This document shows positions 9,614 through 18,224 of a stretch of DNA of 47,475 nucleotides, piece by piece. The DNA is from Minisyncoccota bacterium (GTDB lineage Bacteria > Patescibacteriota > Minisyncoccia > Minisyncoccales > UBA5738), in assembly GCA_041663885.1 (NCBI GenBank), contig JBAYLX010000001.1, positions 1 to 47,475 on the forward strand, in the 5' to 3' direction. Numbering within the stretch: the stretch's first letter is position 1; every line of letters begins with the position of its first letter. The position numbers and the translations under genes were made by a program. Below the pieces are notes generated by a model. It had not been told where the DNA came from and did no database searches. It saw only the letters and a list, made by a program, of their open reading frames with translations.

Positions 9614-11365
9614 ATGAAAATAACTATTGATGGCAGGGAAATTGAGGCAATCGAAGGGCAGTCGGTTTTGGAGGAGGCTAAGTGTGCGGGGATAGAAATT
9701 CCGGCGCTATGCTATCATCCGGATTTGTGCGTGAAGGCGAATTGCCGGTTGTGTTTGGTGGAGATCGAAGGGATCGCGGTTCCGCAAACCGCTTGTTCAA
9801 CGAAAGTTAAGGAAGGCATGAAGGTTGTCACCCAAAGCGATAATTTAAACGCGTTGCGGAAAACAAATTTGGAATTGATTTTGGGAGAACACCGCCGGAA
9901 TTGCCCGCAATGCATCTGGCAGGGGAAATGCGCTTTATTAAAATATTCCGCACAGTTTAAGGCTAATTTGGCGGCCAATGTTTTGCGCAAACCTGAACCG
10001 GACATTGTTAAATTCGGGCCGATAATTTTGGATCGGTCAAAGTGCATTGATTGCCGCAATTGCGTGGATATGTGCGCCCGCCAGACCGGTTCGCGCCGGG
10101 GTACGGACACGGATATGAAATCAGATGGATTTTTGGAAATTGAGGGTCGGGGCAAGGACATCAAAATCGCGCCGTCGTGCGACGCAAAGAAGGATTGTAT
10201 TTATTGCGGACAGTGTATTGTCCATTGTCCGGTGGGCGCAATTGACGCCCAAAGTCCGGTGGATGATCTTGATACGCTCTTGAAAGACAAAAAAGGCAAA
10301 ACTATCGTGGTTCAGTTTGCGCCATCCATTCGTTCAAGTATTGGCGAAATGTTTGGCATCGAATACGGCAAGAACATCACCGGCGAGCTGGTGGCGGGAA
10401 TGAGGAGGTTGGGGTTTGACAAGGTTTTCGACACCACCATGGCCGCGGATTTGACCACGGTTGAGGAAGCCAAGGAATTGGTTTGGCGCGTGACCGAGAA
10501 AAAACCCTTGCCGATGTTCACTTCTTGCTGTCCGGGATGGATGCGCTATTTGGAATTTTATCGGCCGGATATGATTCCCAATATTACCACGGTGAAATCG
10601 CCGCAAAATATGCTGGGTTCTTTAATTAAAACCTATTGGGCGGAGAAAAATAACGTTGATCCGAAAAATATCATTGTGGTTTCGGTGATGCCGTGCACGG
10701 CCAAAAAATATGATGTTTCCAAACCCGAAGAAAAGATCAACGGACTGGATCCGATCGATTATGTATTGACCACGCGCGAATTGGGGCGGTTGCTGCAAAA
10801 GAACCGGATAAACCTCAAATTATTGGCGCAGGAACCGGCCGATGACCCGTTCGGCATTTATACCGGTGCGGGCGTGATCTTTGGTGCGACCGGCGGTGTG
10901 ACCGAAGCGGCGACAAGAACCGCTTATTGGCTGATCACCGGCAAGAATCTGGAAAAAGTTGACTGCGAGAACGTGCGCGGAATCATCGGTTTGAAAAAAG
11001 CCGAGGTTGAAATCAACGGTATAAGGCTGAAAATTGGAATTGCCAATGGAATGGAAAATGCTAAAATCATCTTGGATGATTTGGCGAAAGATCCGAAAGC
11101 CTACGATTATATTGAAATTATGGCTTGCCCGGGCGGATGCATCGGCGGCGGCGGCCAGCCTTTGCCGGTGAACGACGACATTCGCAAAAAGCGCGCGGCA
11201 GGATTATATTCCGACGATTGTTCCAAAACCATTCGTTTCGCCCACGAAAGCCCGGCAGTGAAAGAAGTCTACGACGAGTATTTCAAAGGCGACGATCACA
11301 AAATCCACGCAATCCTGCATACTAGCTACACCCAAAAACCAAAAAGTGAAATTGAAAAATTATAA
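9614..11365 (+). CDS. hydA: [FeFe]-hydrogenase catalytic subunit (multidomain M3-type HydA)
   Basis: The N-terminus has a 2Fe-2S domain (CYHPDL..CRLC) and a NuoG-type HxxxCxxC..C cluster. Two 4Fe-4S motifs follow (CIDCRNCVDMC and CIYCGQCIVHCP). The H-cluster motifs are TSCCPGW, MPCTAKK and MACPGGCIGGGGQP. Confidence 0.92.
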   Translation: MKITIDGREIEAIEGQSVLEEAKCAGIEIPALCYHPDLCVKANCRLCLVEIEGIAVPQTACSTKVKEGMKVVTQSDNLNALRKTNLELILGEHRRNCPQCIWQGKCALLKYSAQFKANLAANVLRKPEPDIVKFGPIILDRSKCIDCRNCVDMCARQTGSRRGTDTDMKSDGFLEIEGRGKDIKIAPSCDAKKDCIYCGQCIVHCPVGAIDAQSPVDDLDTLLKDKKGKTIVVQFAPSIRSSIGEMFGIEYGKNITGELVAGMRRLGFDKVFDTTMAADLTTVEEAKELVWRVTEKKPLPMFTSCCPGWMRYLEFYRPDMIPNITTVKSPQNMLGSLIKTYWAEKNNVDPKNIIVVSVMPCTAKKYDVSKPEEKINGLDPIDYVLTTRELGRLLQKNRINLKLLAQEPADDPFGIYTGAGVIFGATGGVTEAATRTAYWLITGKNLEKVDCENVRGIIGLKKAEVEINGIRLKIGIANGMENAKIILDDLAKDPKAYDYIEIMACPGGCIGGGGQPLPVNDDIRKKRAAGLYSDDCSKTIRFAHESPAVKEVYDEYFKGDDHKIHAILHTSYTQKPKSEIEKL

Positions 11366-11393
11366 TAATCAATAAGTATCTAATAATAAAACA

Positions 11394-11900
11394 ATGAAAT
11401 ACAATATAAAGGCTTTGGCTTTAAGCCGAGAAACGGTTTTAGTTGCGGTGTTTGTCGGCATGGCGATGATTGCGCCACTAATTCATTCGCAACTCGTTAC
11501 CGGGACGATTGTGAATGCGGCGCTGTTTGGCGCGGTGGTGCTGGTTGGGTTTCGGGCGGCGTGCGCGGTGGCGGTGATTCCTAGTTTAATCGCGCTGGCG
11601 GTTGGGATTTTGCCGGTGTTGATGTTGCCGATGGTGCCGTTTATTGTGGCGGGAAATATTGCGTTGGCGGGAACTTTCGCGCTTTTGCGGAAAACTAATT
11701 TTGTAATAGCGATGGGTGTTGCCGCGATTGCAAAATTCGGATTTTTGGTTTTGAGCGCCAATGTGATTTTAATGGCGATTACGCATGGGAAAATGAGTGT
11801 GGCTTTGGCATCGATGATGGGATGGCCGCAATTGATCACGGCATTGTTGGGAGCTGCGCTGGCATATATGCTCTTTGAAAGAAATTTAGTGAGGAAATAG
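11394..11900 (+). CDS. Hypothetical polytopic membrane protein (possibly like an ECF-transporter S component)
   Basis: 168 aa, about 5 hydrophobic helices, and an HSQLVTGTIVNAALFG motif. The function is not recognisable with confidence. Confidence 0.5.
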   Translation: MKYNIKALALSRETVLVAVFVGMAMIAPLIHSQLVTGTIVNAALFGAVVLVGFRAACAVAVIPSLIALAVGILPVLMLPMVPFIVAGNIALAGTFALLRKTNFVIAMGVAAIAKFGFLVLSANVILMAITHGKMSVALASMMGWPQLITALLGAALAYMLFERNLVRK

Positions 11901-12028
11901 TATTAATTTCAAATGTCAAAACCCAAATGTCAAATCTAAATCTAAAATGTTGAATATTTAAAATCAATCTTTTTTAGATTTTAGATTAAGTTTTGAGATT
12001 CGGGATTTGAGATTTGAGATATTTTAAG

Positions 12029-12250
12029 ATGGAATTTAACGAAAAAACAACTTTAGAAGAAATTATGGAATTTTCCGGAGTCGAGGATGTTTTGGTGAAA
12101 TATGATGTTCCTTGCTTGGGATGTCCGATGGCAAAAATGGAGATGCAAAACCTGACCATCGGCCAGATTTGTTCGAATTACGGCATTGACCAGGCGGGAT
12201 TATTGGCGGATTTGAACGCCGCCGGGCTAAAGCGCGGCAAGGGAAAATAA
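12029..12250 (+). CDS. DUF1858-type small redox-disulfide domain protein (hybrid-cluster-protein-associated family)
   Basis: MEFNEKTTLEEIMEF..VEDVLVKYDVPCLGCPMAKMEMQ.LTIGQICSNYGID shows the family pattern with a CxxC. ATG at 12029 is preferred over TTG at 12014. Confidence 0.6.
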   Translation: MEFNEKTTLEEIMEFSGVEDVLVKYDVPCLGCPMAKMEMQNLTIGQICSNYGIDQAGLLADLNAAGLKRGKGK

Positions 12251-12327
12251 CGGGTTGCATGGTTTGCCGTTTGTGATAATATATTAATATTGTAAAAAAA
12301 ATATATATAAAAAAATAATAAAAAAGC

Positions 12328-13350
12328 ATGGTAAAAATCAAAATATCGAAAAATGTGCTGATACCGGTAGTTGGATTGATCTTGTTTGCGGCGATTGCGG
12401 CGGGTGCTTATTTTTTTATGCCCCAAAATTTGCGGCCGATGAAGACGATGAAAGCAGAAGCGGCGGCGCAAAAAGCGATCGAATATGTTAACACAAATAT
12501 GCTATCGCAAGGGGTGACGGCGAGCTACAAGGACGTCAAAAGCGAGAATGGTTTGTATACTTTCAAACTGTCGGTGCAGGGCCAGGATTATTCAGCTTAC
12601 GTGACCAAGGACGGCGCATTGTTCTTCGCCGAAGGGATTCCGCAAGCCATTGTTTTGGATAAAAAACTTGAGGAAGAAAAAGCCAAGGCGGAGATCGTCA
12701 AATCCGATAAACCCGACGTAAAGGTGTTTGTGATGAGCTATTGCCCTTATGGTTTGCAGGCGCAAAAAATGTATCTGCCCGTTTATGATCTATTGAAGGA
12801 CAAAGCGACGATGGGAATATATTTCGTGAACTACGCGATGCACGGACAAAAAGAGCTTGATGAAAACCTACGCCAGTATTGCATCCAGAAAGAACAGGGC
12901 GATAAAATGTCGGCCTATTTGAAATGTTTCACCGTCGCGGCCACGGCCGCCGATGGCACGGCCGAATTCGCCAAATGCTTGACTTCGACGCAAATCGACC
13001 AAACCAAGCTGGCTGCCTGCGCGGCCGCGACCGACAAGGAATTCAAGATTACCGCCGGTTTCAACGACAAAGCGACCTGGGTGAGCGGCCAATTCCCGAA
13101 ATTCGCGGTCAATGATGATTTGAACACCAAATACGGCGTGCAGGGTTCTCCCACGATCGTCATAAACGAGAAAGAAGCATCGGAATTATTGACCGCCCGT
13201 TCGCCGGAAGCTTTCAAGAAACTCATCTGCTCTTCATTCAATACCGAGCCGGAAGAGTGTAAAACGGTTTTGTCGAGCGACCAGCCGTCAACCGGGTTTG
13301 GCGCGGCCGCGGCAACTACGGATTCGGGCAGCGCTTCGTGCGGCAGCTAA
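12328..13350 (+). CDS. Membrane-anchored extracytoplasmic thioredoxin-fold (DsbA/Thioredoxin_4-like) protein, paralog 1
   Basis: The N-terminus has a TM helix. VFVMSYCPYGLQAQ sits at the active-site position, and the cis-Pro loop reads GVQGSPTIVIN. Several paired Cys are present. It is highly similar to 16988..18088. Confidence 0.65.
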   Translation: MVKIKISKNVLIPVVGLILFAAIAAGAYFFMPQNLRPMKTMKAEAAAQKAIEYVNTNMLSQGVTASYKDVKSENGLYTFKLSVQGQDYSAYVTKDGALFFAEGIPQAIVLDKKLEEEKAKAEIVKSDKPDVKVFVMSYCPYGLQAQKMYLPVYDLLKDKATMGIYFVNYAMHGQKELDENLRQYCIQKEQGDKMSAYLKCFTVAATAADGTAEFAKCLTSTQIDQTKLAACAAATDKEFKITAGFNDKATWVSGQFPKFAVNDDLNTKYGVQGSPTIVINEKEASELLTARSPEAFKKLICSSFNTEPEECKTVLSSDQPSTGFGAAAATTDSGSASCGS

Positions 13351-13370
13351 GCGGCTAATAAAAAACCATC

Positions 13371-13601
13371 ATGATAAAAATTTATTCCACGCCGTTCTGC
13401 CCGTATTGCTCGACTCTCAAAGATTATTTGAAGGATAAAAAAGTTAATTTCACGGAAGTCGATGTTTCGGAGGATGAAAAGGAGCGCAACGAAATGATCG
13501 AGCTTTCCGGCCAGATCGGGGTGCCGGTGGTGAATGTTGACGGAAAGATTATTGTCGGTTTCGATAAGGAGCAAATTGACGAAGTGTTAAAATTAAAATG
13601 A
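13371..13601 (+). CDS. Glutaredoxin-like protein (NrdH/YruB type)
   Basis: 76 aa. IKIYSTPFCPYCSTLKDYL contains a CPYC active site, and GVPVV.VDGK is the glutaredoxin-fold signature. Confidence 0.8.
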   Translation: MIKIYSTPFCPYCSTLKDYLKDKKVNFTEVDVSEDEKERNEMIELSGQIGVPVVNVDGKIIVGFDKEQIDEVLKLK

Positions 13602-13643
13602 AGATATTAAAACTGACGCATTGATTTGCGCCAGTTTTAATAA

Positions 13644-13784
13644 TAATTTCTAATTTCTAATTTTAAATTTCTATTAAATTTTCCAATTTCAAATTTTTAA
13701 GCGGAATTTTTGTTTGAAAATTGAAAATTGTTTCATTGAAAATTCAATGAAAATTAGAAATTGAAAATTGAAAATTATTTTTGT
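13644..13784. promoter_or_regulatory. AT-rich imperfect-palindromic intergenic element upstream of gap. Its right half contains a 65-nt block identical to the one upstream of acs.
   Basis: The left arm (tttctaatttctaattttaaatttc...) is an imperfect reverse complement of the right arm (...gaaaattagaaattgaaaattgaaaatt). The 65-nt block 13712-13776 is identical to 14875-14939. Inside it, TTCATTGAA-AA-TTCAATGAA lies at 13732-13751. Confidence 0.6.
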
Positions 13785-14807
13785 ATGGCAAAAATTGCAA
13801 TTAATGGTTTGGGCAGGATTGGCAGGCATGTTTTCAAGCTTATTTTGGATAAGCACCCGGAATTGGAGTTGGCGGCAATAAATGACCTCACTGATCCCAA
13901 GGCGGTGGCGCATCTTTTGAAATATGATTCGATTTATGGGCGGTGGGATAAAGAAATTGAAGTTTCGGAAAAAGAAATAGTGGTGCGCGGCAAGAAAAGC
14001 AATAATCGGATTGCGGTTTTTGCAGAAACCGACCCGGGGAGTTTGCCTTGGAAAAAGTTGGGCGTGGATGTTGTTTTGGAATGCACCGGGAGGTTCACTA
14101 AATACGATGACGCGGCCAAACATTTGATTGCGGGCGCGAAAAAAGTAATTATTTCGGCGCCGTCAAAGGATGGCGACAAGGTGCCGTCTTATTTGCTGGG
14201 TATCAATGCCGATCAATATGATTCGGCAAAAACCGATATTATGGATATGGCTTCCTGCACCACTAATTGTCTGGCGCCGGTGGCAAAGGTTTTAAATGAA
14301 AATTTTGGCATTGTAAAAGGGTTCATGACCACAGTGCATGCCTATACTAATGACCAAAAGATTTTGGACTTGCCGCACAGCGATTTGCGGCGAAGCCGCG
14401 CGGCGGGATTGAATATCATTCCCACCAGCACGGGCGCGGCCAAAGCCATTGGCAAAGTGATTCCCGAGCTGAAGGGAAAACTCGACGGCATTGCGTTGCG
14501 GGTTCCGGTTCCGACCGGATCGGTGGTTGATTTGATTTGCGAATTGGAACGGGAAGTATCGATTGCCGAAGTCAACAGCGCCTTGGAGCTGGCGACGAAG
14601 AAAAAACCGCTCAAAGGCATTCTGGCCTACGAAACCGCGCCGCTGGTATCATCCGATTATATCGGCAGCGGCTATTCGTCAATTGTCGACGCCGGCCTGA
14701 CTATGGCCAACGGCAATATGGTGAAAGTCGTCGCCTGGTATGACAATGAATGGGGCTATTCCACAAGATTGGCCGAATTCGCGGAATTTGTGGGCAACAA
14801 AATTTAA
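13785..14807 (+). CDS. gap: Type I glyceraldehyde-3-phosphate dehydrogenase
   Basis: Motifs MAKIAINGLGRIGR, the active site ASCTTNCLAP, and WYDNEWGYS are present. ATG at 13785 is preferred over TTG at 13761. Confidence 0.95.
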   Translation: MAKIAINGLGRIGRHVFKLILDKHPELELAAINDLTDPKAVAHLLKYDSIYGRWDKEIEVSEKEIVVRGKKSNNRIAVFAETDPGSLPWKKLGVDVVLECTGRFTKYDDAAKHLIAGAKKVIISAPSKDGDKVPSYLLGINADQYDSAKTDIMDMASCTTNCLAPVAKVLNENFGIVKGFMTTVHAYTNDQKILDLPHSDLRRSRAAGLNIIPTSTGAAKAIGKVIPELKGKLDGIALRVPVPTGSVVDLICELEREVSIAEVNSALELATKKKPLKGILAYETAPLVSSDYIGSGYSSIVDAGLTMANGNMVKVVAWYDNEWGYSTRLAEFAEFVGNKI

Positions 14808-14949
14808 CAATTTCTGATTTCTAATTCAAATTTCTATTAAATTTCTAAATCTCAAATTTTTAAACGGTTTTTTAGTTTGAAAATTGAAAATTGTTTCATT
14901 GAAAATTCAATGAAAATTAGAAATTGAAAATTGAAAATTGTTGATTTCA
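14808..14949. promoter_or_regulatory. Second copy of the AT-rich palindromic intergenic element, upstream of acs
   Basis: It has the same architecture as 13644-13784. The 65-nt identical block lies at 14875-14939, and the inverted repeat TTCATTGAA-AA-TTCAATGAA at 14895-14914. Confidence 0.6.
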
Positions 14950-16866
14950 ATGATAAAAAAAGGGGAACTTTATTATCCGGATGCGGCGGCAAAAAAGAGG
15001 GCGTGGCTGAAGTCAAAAAACGTTTACGCTTTGGCTGAGAAAAATCCGGTGAAGTTTTGGGAGAATGTGGCCAAGGAATTGCTTTGGCGGAAGAAATGGA
15101 CGAAAGCGTACACTGATACGCCGCCGCATATCAAGTGGTTTGCGGGCGCGAAATTGAATATCACGGAAAATTGTTTGGATCGGAATTTGGCGGCGCGCAA
15201 AAATAAAGTGGCGTTGATTTGGGAACCGGATGATTCAAGCCAGCCGGCGCGGATTATTACTTATTATGATCTTTACCGCCAGGTGAACAAATTTGCCAAC
15301 GGACTGAAAAAATTGGGCGTGAAAAAAGGCGACCGCGTGGGTATTTATTTGCCTATGATTCCGGAAGTGGTGGTGGCCATGCTTGCTTGCGCCCGCATCG
15401 GTGCGGTGCATTCGGTGGTTTTTTCGGCATTTTCGGCGCAAGCCTTGCAAGTGCGTTTGCAAGATGCGGGCGCCAAAATTTTGGTTACCTGCGATGGTTA
15501 TTTTCGCCGCGGCAAAATTATTGATCTTAAGAAGCAGGCCGATGAAGGTATTATTGAAACCGCAGTGCAAAAAGTGGTGGTGGTCAAACGCGCGGCCAAT
15601 CAAATTCCTTGGACGCAAGCTCGGGATTTTTGGTTTGATGAAGTTGCGGCAAAAGAGCCGGATGAATGCGCGTCGGCAGTGATGGATGCCGAAGACCCAA
15701 TGTTTATTTTGTACACCAGCGGTTCCACCGGAAAGCCCAAAGGCGCTCTGCATACTTGCGGCGGTTATATGGTGTCGGCTTACGCTTCCGACAAATGGAT
15801 ATTTGATTTGACCGATGATGATATTTTTTGGTCCACGGCTGATATTGGCTGGGTTACGGGTCATACTTATTCTTGCTATGGCCCGTTGTTAAACGGCGCG
15901 ACATTTATTATGTTCGAGGGTTTGGCTGATTATCCCAATCCGGATCGTTGGGCCAACGTGATCGACAAATACGGCGTGACCGTATTTTACACTGCGCCGA
16001 CCGCCATTCGAATGTTTATGAAAAATGGCATTGAGATTTTAAAGCCCTATACCATGAAAACATTGCAGGTACTGGGTTCGGTGGGCGAGCCGATTTCGGA
16101 AAAAGCTTGGTTTTGGTATTTTGAAAATGTGGGCAAAAAAAGATGTCCCATTTTGGACACTTGGTGGCAGACTGAAACTGGCGGCATTATTGCTACGTCT
16201 TTGCCAGGAATCGGGCCGTTTAAACCGGCGCATACCGGCTTGCCTTTGCCTGGTATCCGCGTTCGCGTGGTGGATGAAAACGGCAAGGTTTGCAAAGCCG
16301 GTCAGGAGGGCAGCGTGGTGCTGTTCCCGCCGTTTTGTCCCAGTTTGTTGCGCGGCGTGTGGGGCAATGAGCAAAAATTCATTGACACTTATTGGAGCCA
16401 ATATCAAAGCAAATACTATTTTTCCGGAGATTTGGGAATCCGCGATAAAAACGGCTTATTGCGCGTGGTGGGTCGGGCTGATGATATGATCAAAGTGGCG
16501 GGCCATCGTTTGACCACGGGCGAACTGGAAAGCGCGGCTTGTCATGCCGCGGGCGTGGCCGAATGCGCGGTTGTTGGCGTGGTGGACGAGATCAAAGGCG
16601 AAGTGCCGGTGGCGTTCGTGGTTCCGAAAACCGCGGATGTCGCGGGTTTGAAAGAAAAAGTGATTGCCGCGATCCGTGCCACGATCGGGCCGATTGCCAC
16701 GCCGCATGAGGTTTTCATCGTGACCGATCTGCCGAAAACCCGTTCCGGCAAGATCATGCGCCGCATTTTGCGCAAAGTCTTTACCAAAGAAGAACTGGGC
16801 GATTTGTCAACGCTTGCCAATCCCGAAAGCGTGGAAAGCATTAAAAACACTGTCAATCCCGTGTAG
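14950..16866 (+). CDS. acs: Acetyl-CoA synthetase (AMP-forming)
   Basis: Motifs YTSGSTGKPKG, WWQTETGG, and GRADDMIKVAGHRL..GELE are present, with the C-terminal PKTRSGKIMRR. Confidence 0.93.
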   Translation: MIKKGELYYPDAAAKKRAWLKSKNVYALAEKNPVKFWENVAKELLWRKKWTKAYTDTPPHIKWFAGAKLNITENCLDRNLAARKNKVALIWEPDDSSQPARIITYYDLYRQVNKFANGLKKLGVKKGDRVGIYLPMIPEVVVAMLACARIGAVHSVVFSAFSAQALQVRLQDAGAKILVTCDGYFRRGKIIDLKKQADEGIIETAVQKVVVVKRAANQIPWTQARDFWFDEVAAKEPDECASAVMDAEDPMFILYTSGSTGKPKGALHTCGGYMVSAYASDKWIFDLTDDDIFWSTADIGWVTGHTYSCYGPLLNGATFIMFEGLADYPNPDRWANVIDKYGVTVFYTAPTAIRMFMKNGIEILKPYTMKTLQVLGSVGEPISEKAWFWYFENVGKKRCPILDTWWQTETGGIIATSLPGIGPFKPAHTGLPLPGIRVRVVDENGKVCKAGQEGSVVLFPPFCPSLLRGVWGNEQKFIDTYWSQYQSKYYFSGDLGIRDKNGLLRVVGRADDMIKVAGHRLTTGELESAACHAAGVAECAVVGVVDEIKGEVPVAFVVPKTADVAGLKEKVIAAIRATIGPIATPHEVFIVTDLPKTRSGKIMRRILRKVFTKEELGDLSTLANPESVESIKNTVNPV

Positions 16867-16877
16867 TATTTGTATTT

Positions 16878-16930
16878 GGGGTCGTTCCCCTGCGAATCCG
16901 CCGCTCGCGGCGAAGCAGGGGTGCGACCCC
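16878..16930 (+). terminator. GC-rich compound hairpin downstream of acs (terminator-like, no clear U-tract)
   Basis: GGGGTCG..CCCCTGC..GCCGC-tc-GCGGC..GCAGGGG..CGACCCC form nested stems. Confidence 0.5.
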
Positions 16931-16987
16931 GGTAAACTGTATTTTGATTTGTAATTACAAAGCACAAACTTTTAAATCGATATAATC

Positions 16988-18088
16988 ATGGAATTTAACT
17001 ACCAAAATATTGTTATTTTAGCATTGAGCTTGGTTTTGTTTTTAATGCCGGTTGCCAAAGCCGGCGCTGCCGAACCAACGCTTGGAGAGCTTCAATCTCA
17101 GGTCAGCCAGTTAAAGAATGCAATCAATCAATTCGCGAATATCTTCCAGCGGCGGCTTGCGGCTTGCAACGCGCCAACCGGCTCAAATTTGACAATCGTA
17201 TCGGCCGAGAGCGCGGTTAAAAAAGCGGTTGATTATGTCAATAATAATATGCTGACTTCGGGTACTGTAGCGACCTTTAAGGACGTAAAAGATGAAAACG
17301 GCTTATATACTTTTAAATTGGCCGTTCTGGGAAAGGATTACCCGGCTTATGTGACCAAAAACGCCAAACTTTTTTTTGCCGATGGCATTCCGCAGGCGAT
17401 TGATTTGGATAAAATCGTGGAAAAAGCCGCTGCGGCCGATTCAACCGTGTTGAAATCCAACAAGCCTGATGTAAAAGTGTTTGTGATGAGCTATTGCCCT
17501 TATGGTTTGCAAGCGCAAAAAATGTATTTGCCCGTTTATGACCTGTTGAAAAACAAAACAACAATGGGAATATATTTCGTGAACTACGCGATGCATGGCA
17601 AAAAAGAGCTTGACGAAAATCTCCGCCAGTATTGCATTCAGAAAGAGCAGGGCGATAAAATGTCGGCCTACCTGAAATGCTTTACCGTTGCCGCTACGGC
17701 CGCGGACGGAACCGCTGAATTCGCCAAATGCCTGACCTCGGCGCAAATCGACCAGACCAAGCTCACTGCTTGCGTGGCCGCAACCGACAAGGAATTCAAG
17801 GTTACCGCCGGTTTCAATGACAAATCCACTTGGGTGAGCGGCCAATTCCCGAAATTCACGGTCAACGATGACCTGAATACGAAATACGGGGTGCAGGGTT
17901 CGCCCACGATCGTTATTAACGGCCAGGAGGTCAGCATCGGGCGCAGCCCAGAAGAATTTTTAAAGGCGGTTTGCGCCGCGTTTAACGTGTCGCCGGCGGA
18001 GTGCAACACCAAACTAAGCGCCGACCAGCCCTCAACCGGATTTGGCAGTGGCAACGCTGTATCCAACGCTTCCGGCAGTTGCAACTGA
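16988..18088 (+). CDS. Secreted thioredoxin-fold (DsbA/Thioredoxin_4-like) protein, paralog 2
   Basis: It has a signal-peptide-like N-terminus. The same VFVMSYCPYGLQAQ and GVQGSPTIVIN motifs are present. The region ~17458-17920 aligns with ~12700-13160 with mostly synonymous differences. Confidence 0.65.
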   Translation: MEFNYQNIVILALSLVLFLMPVAKAGAAEPTLGELQSQVSQLKNAINQFANIFQRRLAACNAPTGSNLTIVSAESAVKKAVDYVNNNMLTSGTVATFKDVKDENGLYTFKLAVLGKDYPAYVTKNAKLFFADGIPQAIDLDKIVEKAAAADSTVLKSNKPDVKVFVMSYCPYGLQAQKMYLPVYDLLKNKTTMGIYFVNYAMHGKKELDENLRQYCIQKEQGDKMSAYLKCFTVAATAADGTAEFAKCLTSAQIDQTKLTACVAATDKEFKVTAGFNDKSTWVSGQFPKFTVNDDLNTKYGVQGSPTIVINGQEVSIGRSPEEFLKAVCAAFNVSPAECNTKLSADQPSTGFGSGNAVSNASGSCN

Positions 18089-18111
18089 TTTGTATTTATA
18101 TTTGGGTATTT

Positions 18112-18149
18112 GAGGTCAGTCCTCGGTGTAATCGCCGAGGTCTGACCTC
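18112..18149 (+). terminator. GC-rich hairpin downstream of DsbA-like paralog 2
   Basis: GAGGTCAG-t-CCTCGG ... CCGAGG-t-CTGACCTC. Its flanks resemble those of the hairpin at 16878-16930. Confidence 0.5.
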
Positions 18150-18224
18150 GGCAAACTGTATTCTGAATTTCGCAATTTATCGCTTTTGCGTGGTTTTGTT
18201 TTAAAAATTTTAATATGGTAAAAT

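Noticed and set aside
13644-14949. gaaaattgaaaatt-type short tandem repeats as a possible mini-CRISPR array
   Set aside because: The units are 7-8 nt low-complexity oligomers arranged as palindrome arms. There are no 25-40-nt unique spacers and no adjacent cas genes.
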